Origin: a virus
Lineage: Duplodnaviria; Caudoviricetes
DNA length: 35,662 bases
Strand: one strand, 5' to 3'
IMG/VR virus record: IMGVR_UViG_3300030708_003093
Location: 1 to 35,662 of that record
Position 1 is the stretch's first letter. Each line of letters begins with the position of its first letter. Shown here piece after piece: positions 18,201 through 27,563 of the stretch. The notes under the pieces were generated by a model. The model was not told the DNA's origin. It did not search any database and worked only from the letters and a program-made list of their open reading frames with translations. A program made the position numbers and the translations under genes.

Positions 18201-19240
18201 ACAGTCGCAACTCCTGCATGTAAATGTGTTACTGTGGCAAATCCTATAGTTGTAAACCCAAGATATGCATTAGTTACTGTCGCAAATCCTATTTCGGCAG
18301 ATCCGATAGTGGTAACTCCAAGATAAGAATTAGTTGCCGTTAAAAATCCAACTGTGACTTTATTTGGAAGTATATGACTGAAGAACGCATTACCTACAAA
18401 CGTAGATACACCAAGAACATCTAAAAGTTCCTTGGGTTGTGTGCTTCCAATACCAACACGATTATTATTAAAATCATAATAAAAGTTTTCTGCTCCGTCT
18501 ACAAGACCGGCAGTATTATGAAACTGTATCTGACCTATTGTTCCACCGGCACCAGAAATTACTGATTCTGGTCTAACCCACAAAAGTCCACCTGTTGCAG
18601 TTTTTACTATTAAATCTCCCTGATTTCCTGGTTGATTCGTAGAATCATAAATCGTTCCCGTGATTCTAAAATCACCATCTAAATGTAATTCCTGAGTAGG
18701 ATCTATTGTTCCAATACCCACCAATCCATCTAAAGTGGTTGTAATTACTGTTCCACCAGTGCCTACAGTAATCCTATCACCGGCAGAAAATAATCCATTA
18801 TCAAAAGTAAATCTAGTATCTGTAGAAAAATCACCACCATTTTTGAATAGTACTGAATTATTATTTCCTGGAGGTGCAACTGTAACAGTTACTGCAACAC
18901 CAGGATTAGCTCCACCTACACCTGTTGCGGTAATTGCATTACCTCTAAAATCCATTTGTGTTGTGCTACTTAGACCACCAACGAGTGTTCCTTCTTCAAA
19001 TACACTAAGTGATCCGGGAATAATCCCGCCTTGGTTCGGAATCCAAAATCTCTCTCCTGGTCTATCAATAAAACTGACGATGATATATTGTTGTCCGGAA
19101 GGTAAATCTGGAGATCCTTGAATAGTGGGACTATCTCCAAGATTTGGTTCGGCATCTCCAACCGACAAATATCTGTATCTATCTGCGGATAGCGCAGACT
19201 GTGGTGTTTTTTTAGACCTTCCGGAAATATACTTTGGCAT
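15227..19240 (-). CDS. Long tail fibre protein (1337 aa) with internal duplication, cupredoxin-like motif and C-terminal collar domain
   Basis: ORF track; GIGT/GIGST repeats, LATQQSIKAYID, TFDAKGRITAAS, C-terminal VTGMIMMFSG..APTGWVLCD...PDLRDRFIVG...NRPPYYALAFIMK. Confidence 0.88.
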   Translation of the reverse strand: MPKYISGRSKKTPQSALSADRYRYLSVGDAEPNLGDSPTIQGSPDLPSGQQYIIVSFIDRPGERFWIPNQGGIIPGSLSVFEEGTLVGGLSSTTQMDFRGNAITATGVGGANPGVAVTVTVAPPGNNNSVLFKNGGDFSTDTRFTFDNGLFSAGDRITVGTGGTVITTTLDGLVGIGTIDPTQELHLDGDFRITGTIYDSTNQPGNQGDLIVKTATGGLLWVRPESVISGAGGTIGQIQFHNTAGLVDGAENFYYDFNNNRVGIGSTQPKELLDVLGVSTFVGNAFFSHILPNKVTVGFLTATNSYLGVTTIGSAEIGFATVTNAYLGFTTIGFATVTHLHAGVATVTDLDVTNLDLDNLYVSGISSLGSIRVDGVNNPNTLTTLSGNLIIDSQGQRTQINDILLVDNATESTNKDNGSIYTQGGVGIEKNLNVGGAVSFTGPSVGVAVTLAAAGGITTTGGDLYVGGDLYVKDDIFYDEISGKDMIISGIATINQLEIGQPDQTLVGITTILDEDDMASDRDDALATQQSIKAYIDNVDLDFAGDTGTGSVDLDSQTFKIEGTTNEIVTVGSGTTLTIGLPDDVTITGNLTVNGNTTLGDANTDSVVFNAEVDSDIIPDDDNTYDLGSINKKWGNVHATLFNGAFQGTADVAKKLETPRTFTLGEGNADDIIAVGKTFDGTQNVGFALTLKDIITQGTVGSTTQVGVVTFDAKGRITAASNVDINFAGASVDIANKLKTPRTFTLGEGTNDDIVAVGKTFDGTQNVGFALTLKDVITQGTVGSTTQVGVVTFDAKGRITAASNVDINFAGATVGNANYADNAGLATDIKINGTNQLLYQESNNNTNVLPTGNQYQLLQSNGSSSAPSWVNPTGLVVSYADNAGIATNLKGGVAYQIPYQSASNTTQFIANGSVTGQLLQYNQGSAPSWVSPTNLTVNSANFATIAGYSTNSGIATIATYTSEWEVTGGSSYNFTGPGNLSGTANPTIYLTRGQQYKFKINASGHPFWIKTSDTTGTGNQYNTGVTNNGTQSGTILFDVPMDAPNTLYYICEYHGYMKGTIYILDQSDANDNTTYDLSTNDPGTGNVNIRLTGSDGTTDDILVTAGSNITLTEDGNGNGFTIASSGGGTGTLTDLDVKQFSDENTPRTEYGCSNPIDVTISAGIATIGIGSTSNAYGKRYFGSTEPTTDVCDGDIWYDTSTSTDENSGNVFVTGMIMMFSGTVAPTGWVLCDNSAAAQAANAPDLRDRFIVGTGNSYNLNATGGSASVALTLSQIPAHTHQYNRANQRNVSDGGVLGAEVLNNNFQTTGPAGGDTNGNTVAHENRPPYYALAFIMKT
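16804..17295. repeat. Tandem duplication, period 246 nt (82 aa), within the fibre gene
   Basis: Two copies of TPRTFTLGEG..DDI.AVGKTFDGTQNVGFALTLKD.ITQGTVGSTTQVGVVTFDAKGRITAASNVDINFAGA; DNA tagcaccagcaaaattaatatctacattagatgctgcggttattct at 16804 and 17050. Confidence 0.88.
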
Positions 19241-19241
19241 C

Positions 19242-20255
19242 TTATGAAATACTGTTCTCTAAAATACTCATCACCAATTCCATTTGTAATGGACCTACAT
19301 TACCTCCACTAGGAGAAACACCAACATTTACTTGAAATGTATTGGTTGTGACATTTGATATTGCCAATACACCATTATTCAAATCTGAGGTATTCGTAGA
19401 TGCAGGATCTGTTGGTCTTGGATATGGATGATTTGTCAAATAATTATCCATACTACAACTAAAAGTTATTCCATAATCTGCTATACTTATCGTATTTCCA
19501 TTCGTTAATGAATGACCCGGAATAGTCAAAGTTAAAATTCCTGTAGCACCATCATAAGTTGCGTCAGTTGGTGTAAAAGGACCAGAAGCACTACCGGAAA
19601 CTACAGTGACAGAATTCGTTACGGCACTAACAAATTGATGTTGAGCGGGTACATATGTATGAGGAATACCACTTACCTTTCCTGCATCAATAGTAAAGGT
19701 TTTTGATGTTCCAACATTATCTACGATGCTGTCAACAGTAAAACTTCTTTGTGGTTCTGGGAAGATACTTGTGGTTATACTTGCACTATAACCTGCACAA
19801 TCAAAAACAATATTGCTCAGTGTCACTTCATCATCTATATTAAATCCATGAGCACTATATGTGGTGATAGTAGCTACTCCTGTAGTATTTGTATACTCTA
19901 CATTTGTAATTGTTGTTATACCAGATTGAACTCCTCTGATGACAATAGAGTCTTGTTTTAATGCAGATCTCTCCAAAACAAGTCTACCATCAACAATCAC
20001 CAAAGAGTCTTGTGGTGGAATCTCACCATTTTTTATAACCCTAGTATCTCTAGTATTTCCTGCGGTTTTACTTGCAGTGCTCTTTCTTCTATGAGTAAAA
20101 GTTACAGTAGGGTATGTTGTTCCTATACCTACGTTTGAAACAGAAGCATAAAGTACAATAGAAGATGCTCCAGTAGGTGCTGTATAAACAGTCTGTTCTC
20201 CTGGTGCTACTGGAACTGCAATCGTAATAAACTTATTAAGTGGTGCTACTGCCAT
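19242..20255 (-). CDS. Virion structural protein (337 aa)
   Basis: ORF track; Thr/Val-rich beta modules (HQFVSAVTNSV...ATYDGATGILTLTI..H...TFSCSMD....HPYPRPTDP) typical of cyanophage baseplate/fibre proteins; 1-nt spacing to both neighbours. Confidence 0.78.
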   Translation of the reverse strand: MAVAPLNKFITIAVPVAPGEQTVYTAPTGASSIVLYASVSNVGIGTTYPTVTFTHRRKSTASKTAGNTRDTRVIKNGEIPPQDSLVIVDGRLVLERSALKQDSIVIRGVQSGITTITNVEYTNTTGVATITTYSAHGFNIDDEVTLSNIVFDCAGYSASITTSIFPEPQRSFTVDSIVDNVGTSKTFTIDAGKVSGIPHTYVPAQHQFVSAVTNSVTVVSGSASGPFTPTDATYDGATGILTLTIPGHSLTNGNTISIADYGITFSCSMDNYLTNHPYPRPTDPASTNTSDLNNGVLAISNVTTNTFQVNVGVSPSGGNVGPLQMELVMSILENSIS

Positions 20256-20256
20256 A

Positions 20257-23200
20257 TTATCTCAACGCAAGTATGAGTGGGGTTACTTCTGCCTGTATTG
20301 CTTTACTAAAATCTCTTCCTCTAATTGTTGATGTTGTTTGATCAACTTGAATTCCTTCACCAATTTCAAAGTTTCCTTTTTGATCAGTTGCGGTGAACGG
20401 AATTTGTGCACCATCTCGGAAAACAATTTCATTTTCCTTGATTGGAAGAGCACCTTCAAATGGTAACGAAGTATTTATGCTGGTACCTGTACCAACGTAT
20501 TCAAAGGAATGAGAACTCGTTAGGATACGACTAATTCTTTGCAAAGTAAATGCATCATCGGGGAACAATTCGTAAGGTATAAATTCATTGAAAGTGACTG
20601 TCGTAATTCCAGTTGATGTAGGATCTGTTGCCTCTGATACTGTATAGTATATTGGTTCCATTACAGCAGTTGCAAGACCAGTATTGCCGTTGATTTCAAC
20701 TACAATGTTTTGTGTTGGAAGATAACTTCTACCAGAATTAATAATGTCAATGGAAGTTATTGTTCCAGCAGCACTAACTGTTGCACTAGCCTCTGCCACA
20801 ATTCCTTGTGGTCCTTTAGGTGCTACAGTTCCATCAAAGTCCCTAATGATAACATCTGGAGGATCTACTTGACTAAATCCAGAACCACCATTAAGAATTT
20901 TGATTGATCCAACATCATTTAATGGTGCAGTTATAGCACCTGTACCAACAGCATCTGGATAGTTTCCTAAATCAATCTTAAAATATGCTGCCTGTCCATC
21001 AAACGGTCTTCTTACATTTCCATTGTTGTCAACAACATTTGTAAGGACAACAGTGTCCTGATTTTCTGGAAGTGTTGATGTAATAATATCTCCATCGGCA
21101 TTCGTGTTGCTAACAATTCCACTATATTGAGTGCTTCCAAGACCAACAGCAACTAATCCAAAATTACCAAATGATGAGTTGGAGTTTGTAAGATCGCACT
21201 GTGCTCCAGTATCGGCGTAGATTGCAATGTCACAGTTAATTGTGAATATAGAAACTAACTGAGCATAAGCATTGTTAGTCAATGATACACCAATGCCTGC
21301 TTCATTATATTGAGTAAATGAATCGCAAACCATTGATTTAAGATCTGCGCCAGGAATTGATGCTGTTGCATCATCTCCATCAATCCTCATACCAATACTT
21401 CCTGTCATAAAATTGGTACAGTTTCTTACATAAGGAGATCTCCATCTTCCACTAGATCCCTCAGTTATCGGACCCAATTGAATAAATCCAGTATTTGCCT
21501 GTTTAGAGGAGTCTGCTGGAGCAAATGCAACTGCACCTGCACCTGTGTGTTGAACTGTAATGCTAGAACCTGCAAAGTTTAAGTTCTCTATCAGACAACC
21601 TCTTCTTACATGGAAAACATCTTTTGTAGGATTTTGAGGTACGACTGTAACTAATCTAAGATCTTGTCCAGTAATAGTTACATCTGTTCTAAGACCCACA
21701 GGATTATTTTCACTGTAAACACCTGGTCTGACTACAATAGTATCTCCATCTTGGGCAACCAGTGCTGCGGCACCGATAGTAAGTTTTGCATCACCTTCAA
21801 GCAATCCAGAATTTGAATCATTACCATTCTTTGTTACCCAAATGGTATTTTTTGTTTGTACACCAGAAGGTCTCCAAGATACACCAGCACCAACTGATGA
21901 TAGTCGATAATCTTTTCCTGCAACTCCTGTCTGTTGATTGACATCTATTATAGAATTATCAAGTTCTAATGTGCCATCTATCTTAGTATTATTACCAACA
22001 AAAAGTTTTTTACCAATAGCTGCACCACCAACCACTTGTAATGCTGCTGTAGCATTAGATGCAGTTGCATCATTATTAGATTCTACCTTAGTATCTCCAC
22101 CAACAAATAATTTTTTAACTATTCCAACACCACCATCTATTTGAACTGATGCATTTGTAGTGCTAACAGCTTCTGTTTGATCATTAAATGTTGATACTCC
22201 ATCAACATCAAGAGTACTATTAAGAGTGGTTGCACCATCAACATCTAAGGTATCGTTGAGTGTAGTAGCACCATCAACATCGAGACTATCATTAAGTGTG
22301 GTGGCACCATCAACATCGAGACTATCATTAAGTGTGGTGGCACCATCAACATCCAACTGAGAATCTAAAAATACGTTATCACTTATGGTAACTATTCCAC
22401 TTACAAAGGCATTTTTAGCAACTGTTAATCCACCACCAACTTCAGTGTCACTGAATACTGTTAAAATTCCCCCAAGAAAAGTATTCTCAGTAACTGTCAA
22501 ACTAGTACCAACAGTTACACCAAGACCCACCGTTAAACCAAGACCTACATCAAGACTCTTTGTTATTGTTACAATGCCTGCAATATGAGAATTTCCAATA
22601 ACATCCAAAGTCGTATTGGGAATTGAACTTCCAATACCAACATTGGTCATTCTATAAATGGATGCATTGGCACCCGTTCCATCATATCCCCAAAAATCAC
22701 TTGTAAATACAGTTGCAAGTCCAGTAAAGGTCGATGGGTCTCTGGCTGTAGGAACCAGAGTATCAGTTCCTATACCACGACTATTTGATTGGACAAAATT
22801 TACAATTGAGAAGGATTGTCCAGCACCAACAACCCCACCTTGACCTGGAGTTGGTACATAAGTACCCTCATCCATAAGGAAAATTCCCTCTTGGAAAGCA
22901 GGTTCAAATGATACCCAAGTGATGCCATTTTCATCTTTACTTAAGAAGTTACCAGGAAAACCTTTTAGATTTCTGGAATCATAAATCTCCTCTTGAATAG
23001 AGACACTTCCATCAATATCGACTTTTATCGACCCATCATTTGCAAATCCTGCGGGATTTGTAGTTGCAATCCCTACGGTTCCCAATCCAGTAACAACAAT
23101 TCCATTGTTACCAGAAAGAATTTGAACCTTTTCTATCGGAGTATCAGTAAATATGCCAACTCTATCTGTTCTTGTATCTGCAGTAAGTACAGTTCCACCA

Positions 23201-23415
23201 GCACCAACATCAAGAGAAGTTTTTACCTCTAAAATTGAAATATCTAAGGTCCCATCAATCGTAACATCTTTTTCAAACTTAGCATCTTGTTTGAATAAAG
23301 ATTTACCAGCATTTAATTCCTCAAAACAAGACTTTCCCCATATAGTAACATTTTCAAATACTGAGTCTCCATCTCTAGTAAATGATGGATTGTTTGGTGT
23401 AGGGCAGTTTGCCAT
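20257..23415 (-). CDS. Virion structural/fibre protein with 12-aa repeats and beta-helix-like C-terminal region (1052 aa)
   Basis: ORF track; IWVTKNGNDSNSG...KLTIGAA...GDTIVVRPGVYSENNP...ITGQDLRLV is a right-handed beta-helix-type start; shares motifs with the 1..4604 protein. Confidence 0.82.
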   Translation of the reverse strand: MANCPTPNNPSFTRDGDSVFENVTIWGKSCFEELNAGKSLFKQDAKFEKDVTIDGTLDISILEVKTSLDVGAGGTVLTADTRTDRVGIFTDTPIEKVQILSGNNGIVVTGLGTVGIATTNPAGFANDGSIKVDIDGSVSIQEEIYDSRNLKGFPGNFLSKDENGITWVSFEPAFQEGIFLMDEGTYVPTPGQGGVVGAGQSFSIVNFVQSNSRGIGTDTLVPTARDPSTFTGLATVFTSDFWGYDGTGANASIYRMTNVGIGSSIPNTTLDVIGNSHIAGIVTITKSLDVGLGLTVGLGVTVGTSLTVTENTFLGGILTVFSDTEVGGGLTVAKNAFVSGIVTISDNVFLDSQLDVDGATTLNDSLDVDGATTLNDSLDVDGATTLNDTLDVDGATTLNSTLDVDGVSTFNDQTEAVSTTNASVQIDGGVGIVKKLFVGGDTKVESNNDATASNATAALQVVGGAAIGKKLFVGNNTKIDGTLELDNSIIDVNQQTGVAGKDYRLSSVGAGVSWRPSGVQTKNTIWVTKNGNDSNSGLLEGDAKLTIGAAALVAQDGDTIVVRPGVYSENNPVGLRTDVTITGQDLRLVTVVPQNPTKDVFHVRRGCLIENLNFAGSSITVQHTGAGAVAFAPADSSKQANTGFIQLGPITEGSSGRWRSPYVRNCTNFMTGSIGMRIDGDDATASIPGADLKSMVCDSFTQYNEAGIGVSLTNNAYAQLVSIFTINCDIAIYADTGAQCDLTNSNSSFGNFGLVAVGLGSTQYSGIVSNTNADGDIITSTLPENQDTVVLTNVVDNNGNVRRPFDGQAAYFKIDLGNYPDAVGTGAITAPLNDVGSIKILNGGSGFSQVDPPDVIIRDFDGTVAPKGPQGIVAEASATVSAAGTITSIDIINSGRSYLPTQNIVVEINGNTGLATAVMEPIYYTVSEATDPTSTGITTVTFNEFIPYELFPDDAFTLQRISRILTSSHSFEYVGTGTSINTSLPFEGALPIKENEIVFRDGAQIPFTATDQKGNFEIGEGIQVDQTTSTIRGRDFSKAIQAEVTPLILALR
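22180..22356. repeat. 36-nt tandem repeat, five copies (LDVDGATTLNDS)
   Basis: QLDVDGATTLNDS LDVDGATTLNDS LDVDGATTLNDT LDVDGATTLNST LDVDGVSTFND; DNA unit caccatcaacatc recurs every 36 nt. Confidence 0.88.
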
Positions 23416-23418
23416 TTA

Positions 23419-23997
23419 TCAGAATCCTCCAAATGCTTTTTGTGCTATACCAAGAGATGACATACCAAATGCTGCGTCTGCAATCAAAGTACCAGAAAAT
23501 GACTTCAAAAAACTACTCTGTACCAATGAATCTGCAAGTGTTCCTTTTTTAGCCTTAATATCTAACTCTTGAGCTATAATTTTTATTTCTTTAGTGCTAT
23601 TACCATCAGCATTACCTATTCTAATTCTAGGTGCTTGCAAAACAATTTCTTTACTTGCATCTAAAACTATTTGTTTTGCTTCCATTTTGATGTGACCTTT
23701 TGCCGCATCAAACGAAACATCACCTCTGTGAGCTAGAAACTGAAATGCACATAATCCAGATTGACCTGCAAGACTTTTATGTCCCGCAGCTTCGAAAAAC
23801 CAAACTCCCTCACTTTTTAATTTTGTCAATCCACTCTCAGTGTGTGATTGAATAAATTTTAAACCCGAATCAGTAACAGATTTTATACAGAATGCCTCTC
23901 TACCAGACATTCCCATTTCTTGATTACCAGTTTCGATAATCAACTTTGGTCCAAAAACCTCTGTAATTCTGGTTTCTTGTGTGACTGCCATAATCAA
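23419..23997 (-). CDS. Putative baseplate spike protein (gp5 C-terminal-like, beta-strand repeats)
   Basis: ORF track; alternating short beta strands (GDVSFDAAKGHIKMEAKQIVLDASKEIVLQA); third gene of the gp5-like locus. Confidence 0.55.
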   Translation of the reverse strand: MIMAVTQETRITEVFGPKLIIETGNQEMGMSGREAFCIKSVTDSGLKFIQSHTESGLTKLKSEGVWFFEAAGHKSLAGQSGLCAFQFLAHRGDVSFDAAKGHIKMEAKQIVLDASKEIVLQAPRIRIGNADGNSTKEIKIIAQELDIKAKKGTLADSLVQSSFLKSFSGTLIADAAFGMSSLGIAQKAFGGF

Positions 23998-25466
23998 CTA
24001 ATACAATCAATAACTTGAATAATTTCAGTCTGAGGAGGTACAATATTCATAATAGGTCTCAATATTGCTCCGAATCCAGTTGTACTATCAATATTTAGAT
24101 CAGGCAGTCCATTGTATGCAAATCCTGGTTGAGGAACAGCATCAATAATTCTACCATCTCTAATTGTCAGATCAACTCCTTCAATTTCACCATCAAAGTA
24201 ATCCTCTCCAGCATCTTCAATTATAATTTTTTCAACATAAAGTGGCAGTTCTTCAATATCTGCAGGATAATTTTCACCTTCACTGATCATTGCGACTGCA
24301 ATAATTTGTCCATAAGTGGGTGATTTTGGTTTTTTATCTATAATTGCACGACCATATGCACCATATCCTTTATTACAACTGTCTTCAAAAGTTACCACAG
24401 GAGCACTTCTATATCCTTGTCCAGGATTAGTGATATCGACACCAACAATTTTTCCAACTTTTGCAACATCACCGACAGTATCAGTCAAGTCTAGATTATC
24501 TACAATTCCACCAAGAACTACATTCCCTGCACCACCAAATCCATCACCACCGAAGAACTTCATTGTTGGTAGACCACACTTAGTTACATTTCCAAAATCA
24601 CATGGTCCGAGAGTAGATGCTTCTTCAAGAGGTGCTCCAAATACTTCCCATTTTCCATATTTTTTCTCAAAGTCTGTTGCAAGATTTTTAGCTCCTTGAG
24701 AAACTGCCGTACCACTTGTAATCCCTTTGAATTTTTTACCAATCTCAGATTCAGCAAGATCTTTCAGTGGTCCAACATCAACTTTATACTTACTTGTTGT
24801 AGGACATATTTTTTCATCACCACAAGAAAATAATCCTTCAACTTTCTTTAGAACATCGATACCAGTTGTCAAGAAACTTTTTGGATTGAAACTAAAAAAT
24901 GCACCCAAAATTGATTGAATCGGTCCAAGTAAAGGACCAGTTATAGAGTCTGTAATATTTACAAGATCATTAAAAAATCCACCAATAATTTGATCTGCTA
25001 CACAAGAAACTCCATTAACAACATTCTTTACTGCTGCGGTCAAAAGATCTTCTATAGCATCTTTAGCCGCATTTATAACTTTTGATGCTCCACAGAATAA
25101 TCCATCAAATAAACTTTTGACTAATGCTGGTAGGGGAGTTTCAATAAGTTTTATAATTGGTATAGGTGTCTTTAAAGAAATTAAAAATCTTTCTAGTGCG
25201 GTTATTGCTTGAGGTATCAACTCCGTCAATTTATCAGTTAATGATCCTAGACTTTTATTGACGAATCCGGTTATGGTATCTCCAACAAGATCTACCGTTT
25301 CTCTCATTTCATTTTGAAATCCATCGACATCATTTTGAAAATTAGAAATAGTATCAAAGAAGTTATTGACATACGCATCCATTCTAGCAAAGGTGGAATC
25401 TTTACATGGATCTGCTTGTATGACTACCTGTCCACTGGTAGAAGATTCCGGTTTATTACAACTCAT
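23994..25466 (-). CDS. Baseplate hub-associated protein (middle part of cyanophage gp5-like locus)
   Basis: ORF track; helical Cys-containing N-half, then GVDITNPGQGYRSAPVVTFEDSCNKGYGAYGRA modules; follows the gp5 OB-domain gene. Confidence 0.65.
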   Translation of the reverse strand: MSCNKPESSTSGQVVIQADPCKDSTFARMDAYVNNFFDTISNFQNDVDGFQNEMRETVDLVGDTITGFVNKSLGSLTDKLTELIPQAITALERFLISLKTPIPIIKLIETPLPALVKSLFDGLFCGASKVINAAKDAIEDLLTAAVKNVVNGVSCVADQIIGGFFNDLVNITDSITGPLLGPIQSILGAFFSFNPKSFLTTGIDVLKKVEGLFSCGDEKICPTTSKYKVDVGPLKDLAESEIGKKFKGITSGTAVSQGAKNLATDFEKKYGKWEVFGAPLEEASTLGPCDFGNVTKCGLPTMKFFGGDGFGGAGNVVLGGIVDNLDLTDTVGDVAKVGKIVGVDITNPGQGYRSAPVVTFEDSCNKGYGAYGRAIIDKKPKSPTYGQIIAVAMISEGENYPADIEELPLYVEKIIIEDAGEDYFDGEIEGVDLTIRDGRIIDAVPQPGFAYNGLPDLNIDSTTGFGAILRPIMNIVPPQTEIIQVIDCIS

Positions 25467-25488
25467 GGTTTATTTTCCTCCGTATTGA

Positions 25489-25495
25489 TATTTAT
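25489..25495 (-). promoter_or_regulatory. Late promoter motif ATAAATA
   Basis: Intergenic, 23 nt upstream of ATG 25466. Confidence 0.55.
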
Positions 25496-26226
25496 TAACT
25501 TAATGTGAAAGTTACACCATCAACTTCTTCACCGGCAAGAAGTTTTTCTGCCTTAATTGCTTCTTCTATCTCCTTCTGTTCTTCTATCTCCTTCTGTTCT
25601 TCTTCATTCAAACCATTACCAGGTGGTTTTGCAACTTCGGATGTTTTTGCTTCTGCTTCAGGATCAATACCAGCTTCCCTCAATAATTCTTTTTTATCTG
25701 TATCTGTAGGTTCTGGTTTTCTTGCACTTTTATCACTTCCAGATCCTCCAGGAAGTGCTCTTGGAACACATGGAGCAGAACTAGTCTCATTCGTTTCTGC
25801 TCTACCCAAAAGTCCTAGTGCTTTATTTTTTCCCTCAAAACCAGTCTTGGATTCAAATCTACCTTTACCATAACGAGTTCCTGAAGTTCTACCCAGACAA
25901 CCGGTTACAACTGGTTGTTGTCTTGCAGAACCATCCAAAAATTCTCCAGTTACTACATCACCCTGAGTTAATCTTATTGATCTTTGCCTATTTGTAGCAC
26001 CAGTTCCATCAGTAACACCTAACTGAACCAATGCATATGTAATTTCATCATCAGCAAGTTCACCCTCTTCAGATGAGTGAAATCCCATTATAGCAACTTT
26101 TACTCTAAGTCCAAAACCACCAGTTCCCTCAATTTGAGTTCTTTGAGCACTGTTAGACAAAACAATACCCAACCACTTATCGTTGCCTACTCCATAAAAT
26201 TTTATACTAGAAGATGGTTTTTCCAT
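25495..26226 (-). CDS. gp5: Baseplate hub protein, gp5 N-terminal OB-fold domain
   Basis: WLGIV...GLRVKVAIMGFH...DDEITYALV...GDVVTGEFLDG..RQQPVVTGCLG matches the gp5 OB-domain pattern; directly downstream of the gp27-like gene. Confidence 0.72.
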   Translation of the reverse strand: MEKPSSSIKFYGVGNDKWLGIVLSNSAQRTQIEGTGGFGLRVKVAIMGFHSSEEGELADDEITYALVQLGVTDGTGATNRQRSIRLTQGDVVTGEFLDGSARQQPVVTGCLGRTSGTRYGKGRFESKTGFEGKNKALGLLGRAETNETSSAPCVPRALPGGSGSDKSARKPEPTDTDKKELLREAGIDPEAEAKTSEVAKPPGNGLNEEEQKEIEEQKEIEEAIKAEKLLAGEEVDGVTFTLS

Positions 26227-27563
26227 TATTGTGATTTAGTAAAGTTTAGTCCGTAAGAATCACGAATTAAGTTCATCGAGGTGGATGCTTTATTTGGCTC
26301 AAAATGATGACGAAGTGCCTGGATTATATAGTTTCCACTTTGAACCTGATCTGGTCCCTGTTCTTTATCTTCGGATGTGGATTCTACTTCCAACTTGATG
26401 ACACCACCCGCCTCAAGATTAGTGTTGCATGGAATTGTTGCAGTATTTATTTGTGAGAACAAAATATTATATCTTGTGCTACTTGCAGCATAATAAAGTT
26501 CTGGACTATTATTTACATCTACATCAAGTCCTTCTGCACCAACATCAAAAATTGCGGTTTGAACTCTATGATATTTTTTACCTTTGCCAAAATCCTTCTG
26601 TAGTAACTCAGGAGGTGATTGTTTCTTACCCAATGATGAAAACTTAGGATCTTCTGTAAGACCTTTGTTCGCAACTGATATATCAATCTCAGTGAATCCA
26701 TTAGTTTGTGGATTGAAAAATATATTCTTTGATGCATACACACCAGAACGAATTTGTGACAAAAGACTTTGATCTTTTACCATGTTCAAAGATGAAACTT
26801 TATAATCATTAGAGTTATCTTTTAGTTCTGCCGTTGAGATTGGTTGTCCCGTAAACCTATAAGTTTTTTCAAATGGATCTTGATTGATTAGTTTATCGGC
26901 AGAAATGAATTTGAATCCACTTCTAGTTTCATAGCAAAAATAACCAGGATTCGTAATGCTTGACGGAACTGTGCGAATACATAACATAGCAATTAAGTCA
27001 AGAGGTCTTTTTCTCATACCAAGAAAGGAGTATGAATTACTAGACTCATCAATATCAATTTCAGAGTCTTTAAATAAAAGATCTGTTTTAAGTAATCGTT
27101 TTACGGAATCACTAATCTTACCATTAAATCTTCTGGAGATCCTTGTAGTCTCATTCAACCAGGCAGTTCTTGTTGAGAATTTTATTGCTAATGTCTCAGA
27201 GTTTGAAGAATCTACGACACTTACATCAGTGACATACAATTTTTTATAGTCATCATTTTCAAAAGAAAAGTCTATTGCTTCTCCAATCTCAGAGTTTATT
27301 TTAACTAAAAGAGTACAACCTGCACGAATAGGTAATGATGTATGAAGAGCACCCAATCTATTTTGAGTATCATCTTTAGATTCTGCAGAACCACCAGTGC
27401 TGGAGATTATTGCTACTCCAGTAATAATTGGAGATAGAATATTTTCAAAAAAATCAAAACTTATGATTCTCATCTCAGGAGTTTTGAACACATCAACGCG
27501 ATTTGCTCCGTCAGGTGATATAATAGTAAATTTTTCGAATACTGACCCTTGTGCTGATGCCAT
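26226..27563 (-). CDS. Baseplate hub protein (gp27-like)
   Basis: FDFFENILSPIITG, GYFCYETRSGFKFISADKLI, IPCNTNLEAGGVI...SGNYIIQALRHHF...LIRDSYG; synteny upstream of gp5. Confidence 0.7.
   Translation of the reverse strand: MASAQGSVFEKFTIISPDGANRVDVFKTPEMRIISFDFFENILSPIITGVAIISSTGGSAESKDDTQNRLGALHTSLPIRAGCTLLVKINSEIGEAIDFSFENDDYKKLYVTDVSVVDSSNSETLAIKFSTRTAWLNETTRISRRFNGKISDSVKRLLKTDLLFKDSEIDIDESSNSYSFLGMRKRPLDLIAMLCIRTVPSSITNPGYFCYETRSGFKFISADKLINQDPFEKTYRFTGQPISTAELKDNSNDYKVSSLNMVKDQSLLSQIRSGVYASKNIFFNPQTNGFTEIDISVANKGLTEDPKFSSLGKKQSPPELLQKDFGKGKKYHRVQTAIFDVGAEGLDVDVNNSPELYYAASSTRYNILFSQINTATIPCNTNLEAGGVIKLEVESTSEDKEQGPDQVQSGNYIIQALRHHFEPNKASTSMNLIRDSYGLNFTKSQ

Noticed and set aside
11418-19240. 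Diversity-generating retroelement or invertible shufflon behind the fibre repeats
   Set aside because: No reverse transcriptase or recombinase in the window; repeats are direct, in-frame and coding, with no non-coding template copy or inverted crossover sites.
22180-22356. CRISPR-like array (36-nt period)
   Set aside because: Units are contiguous in-frame coding repeats without unique spacers; no cas genes.
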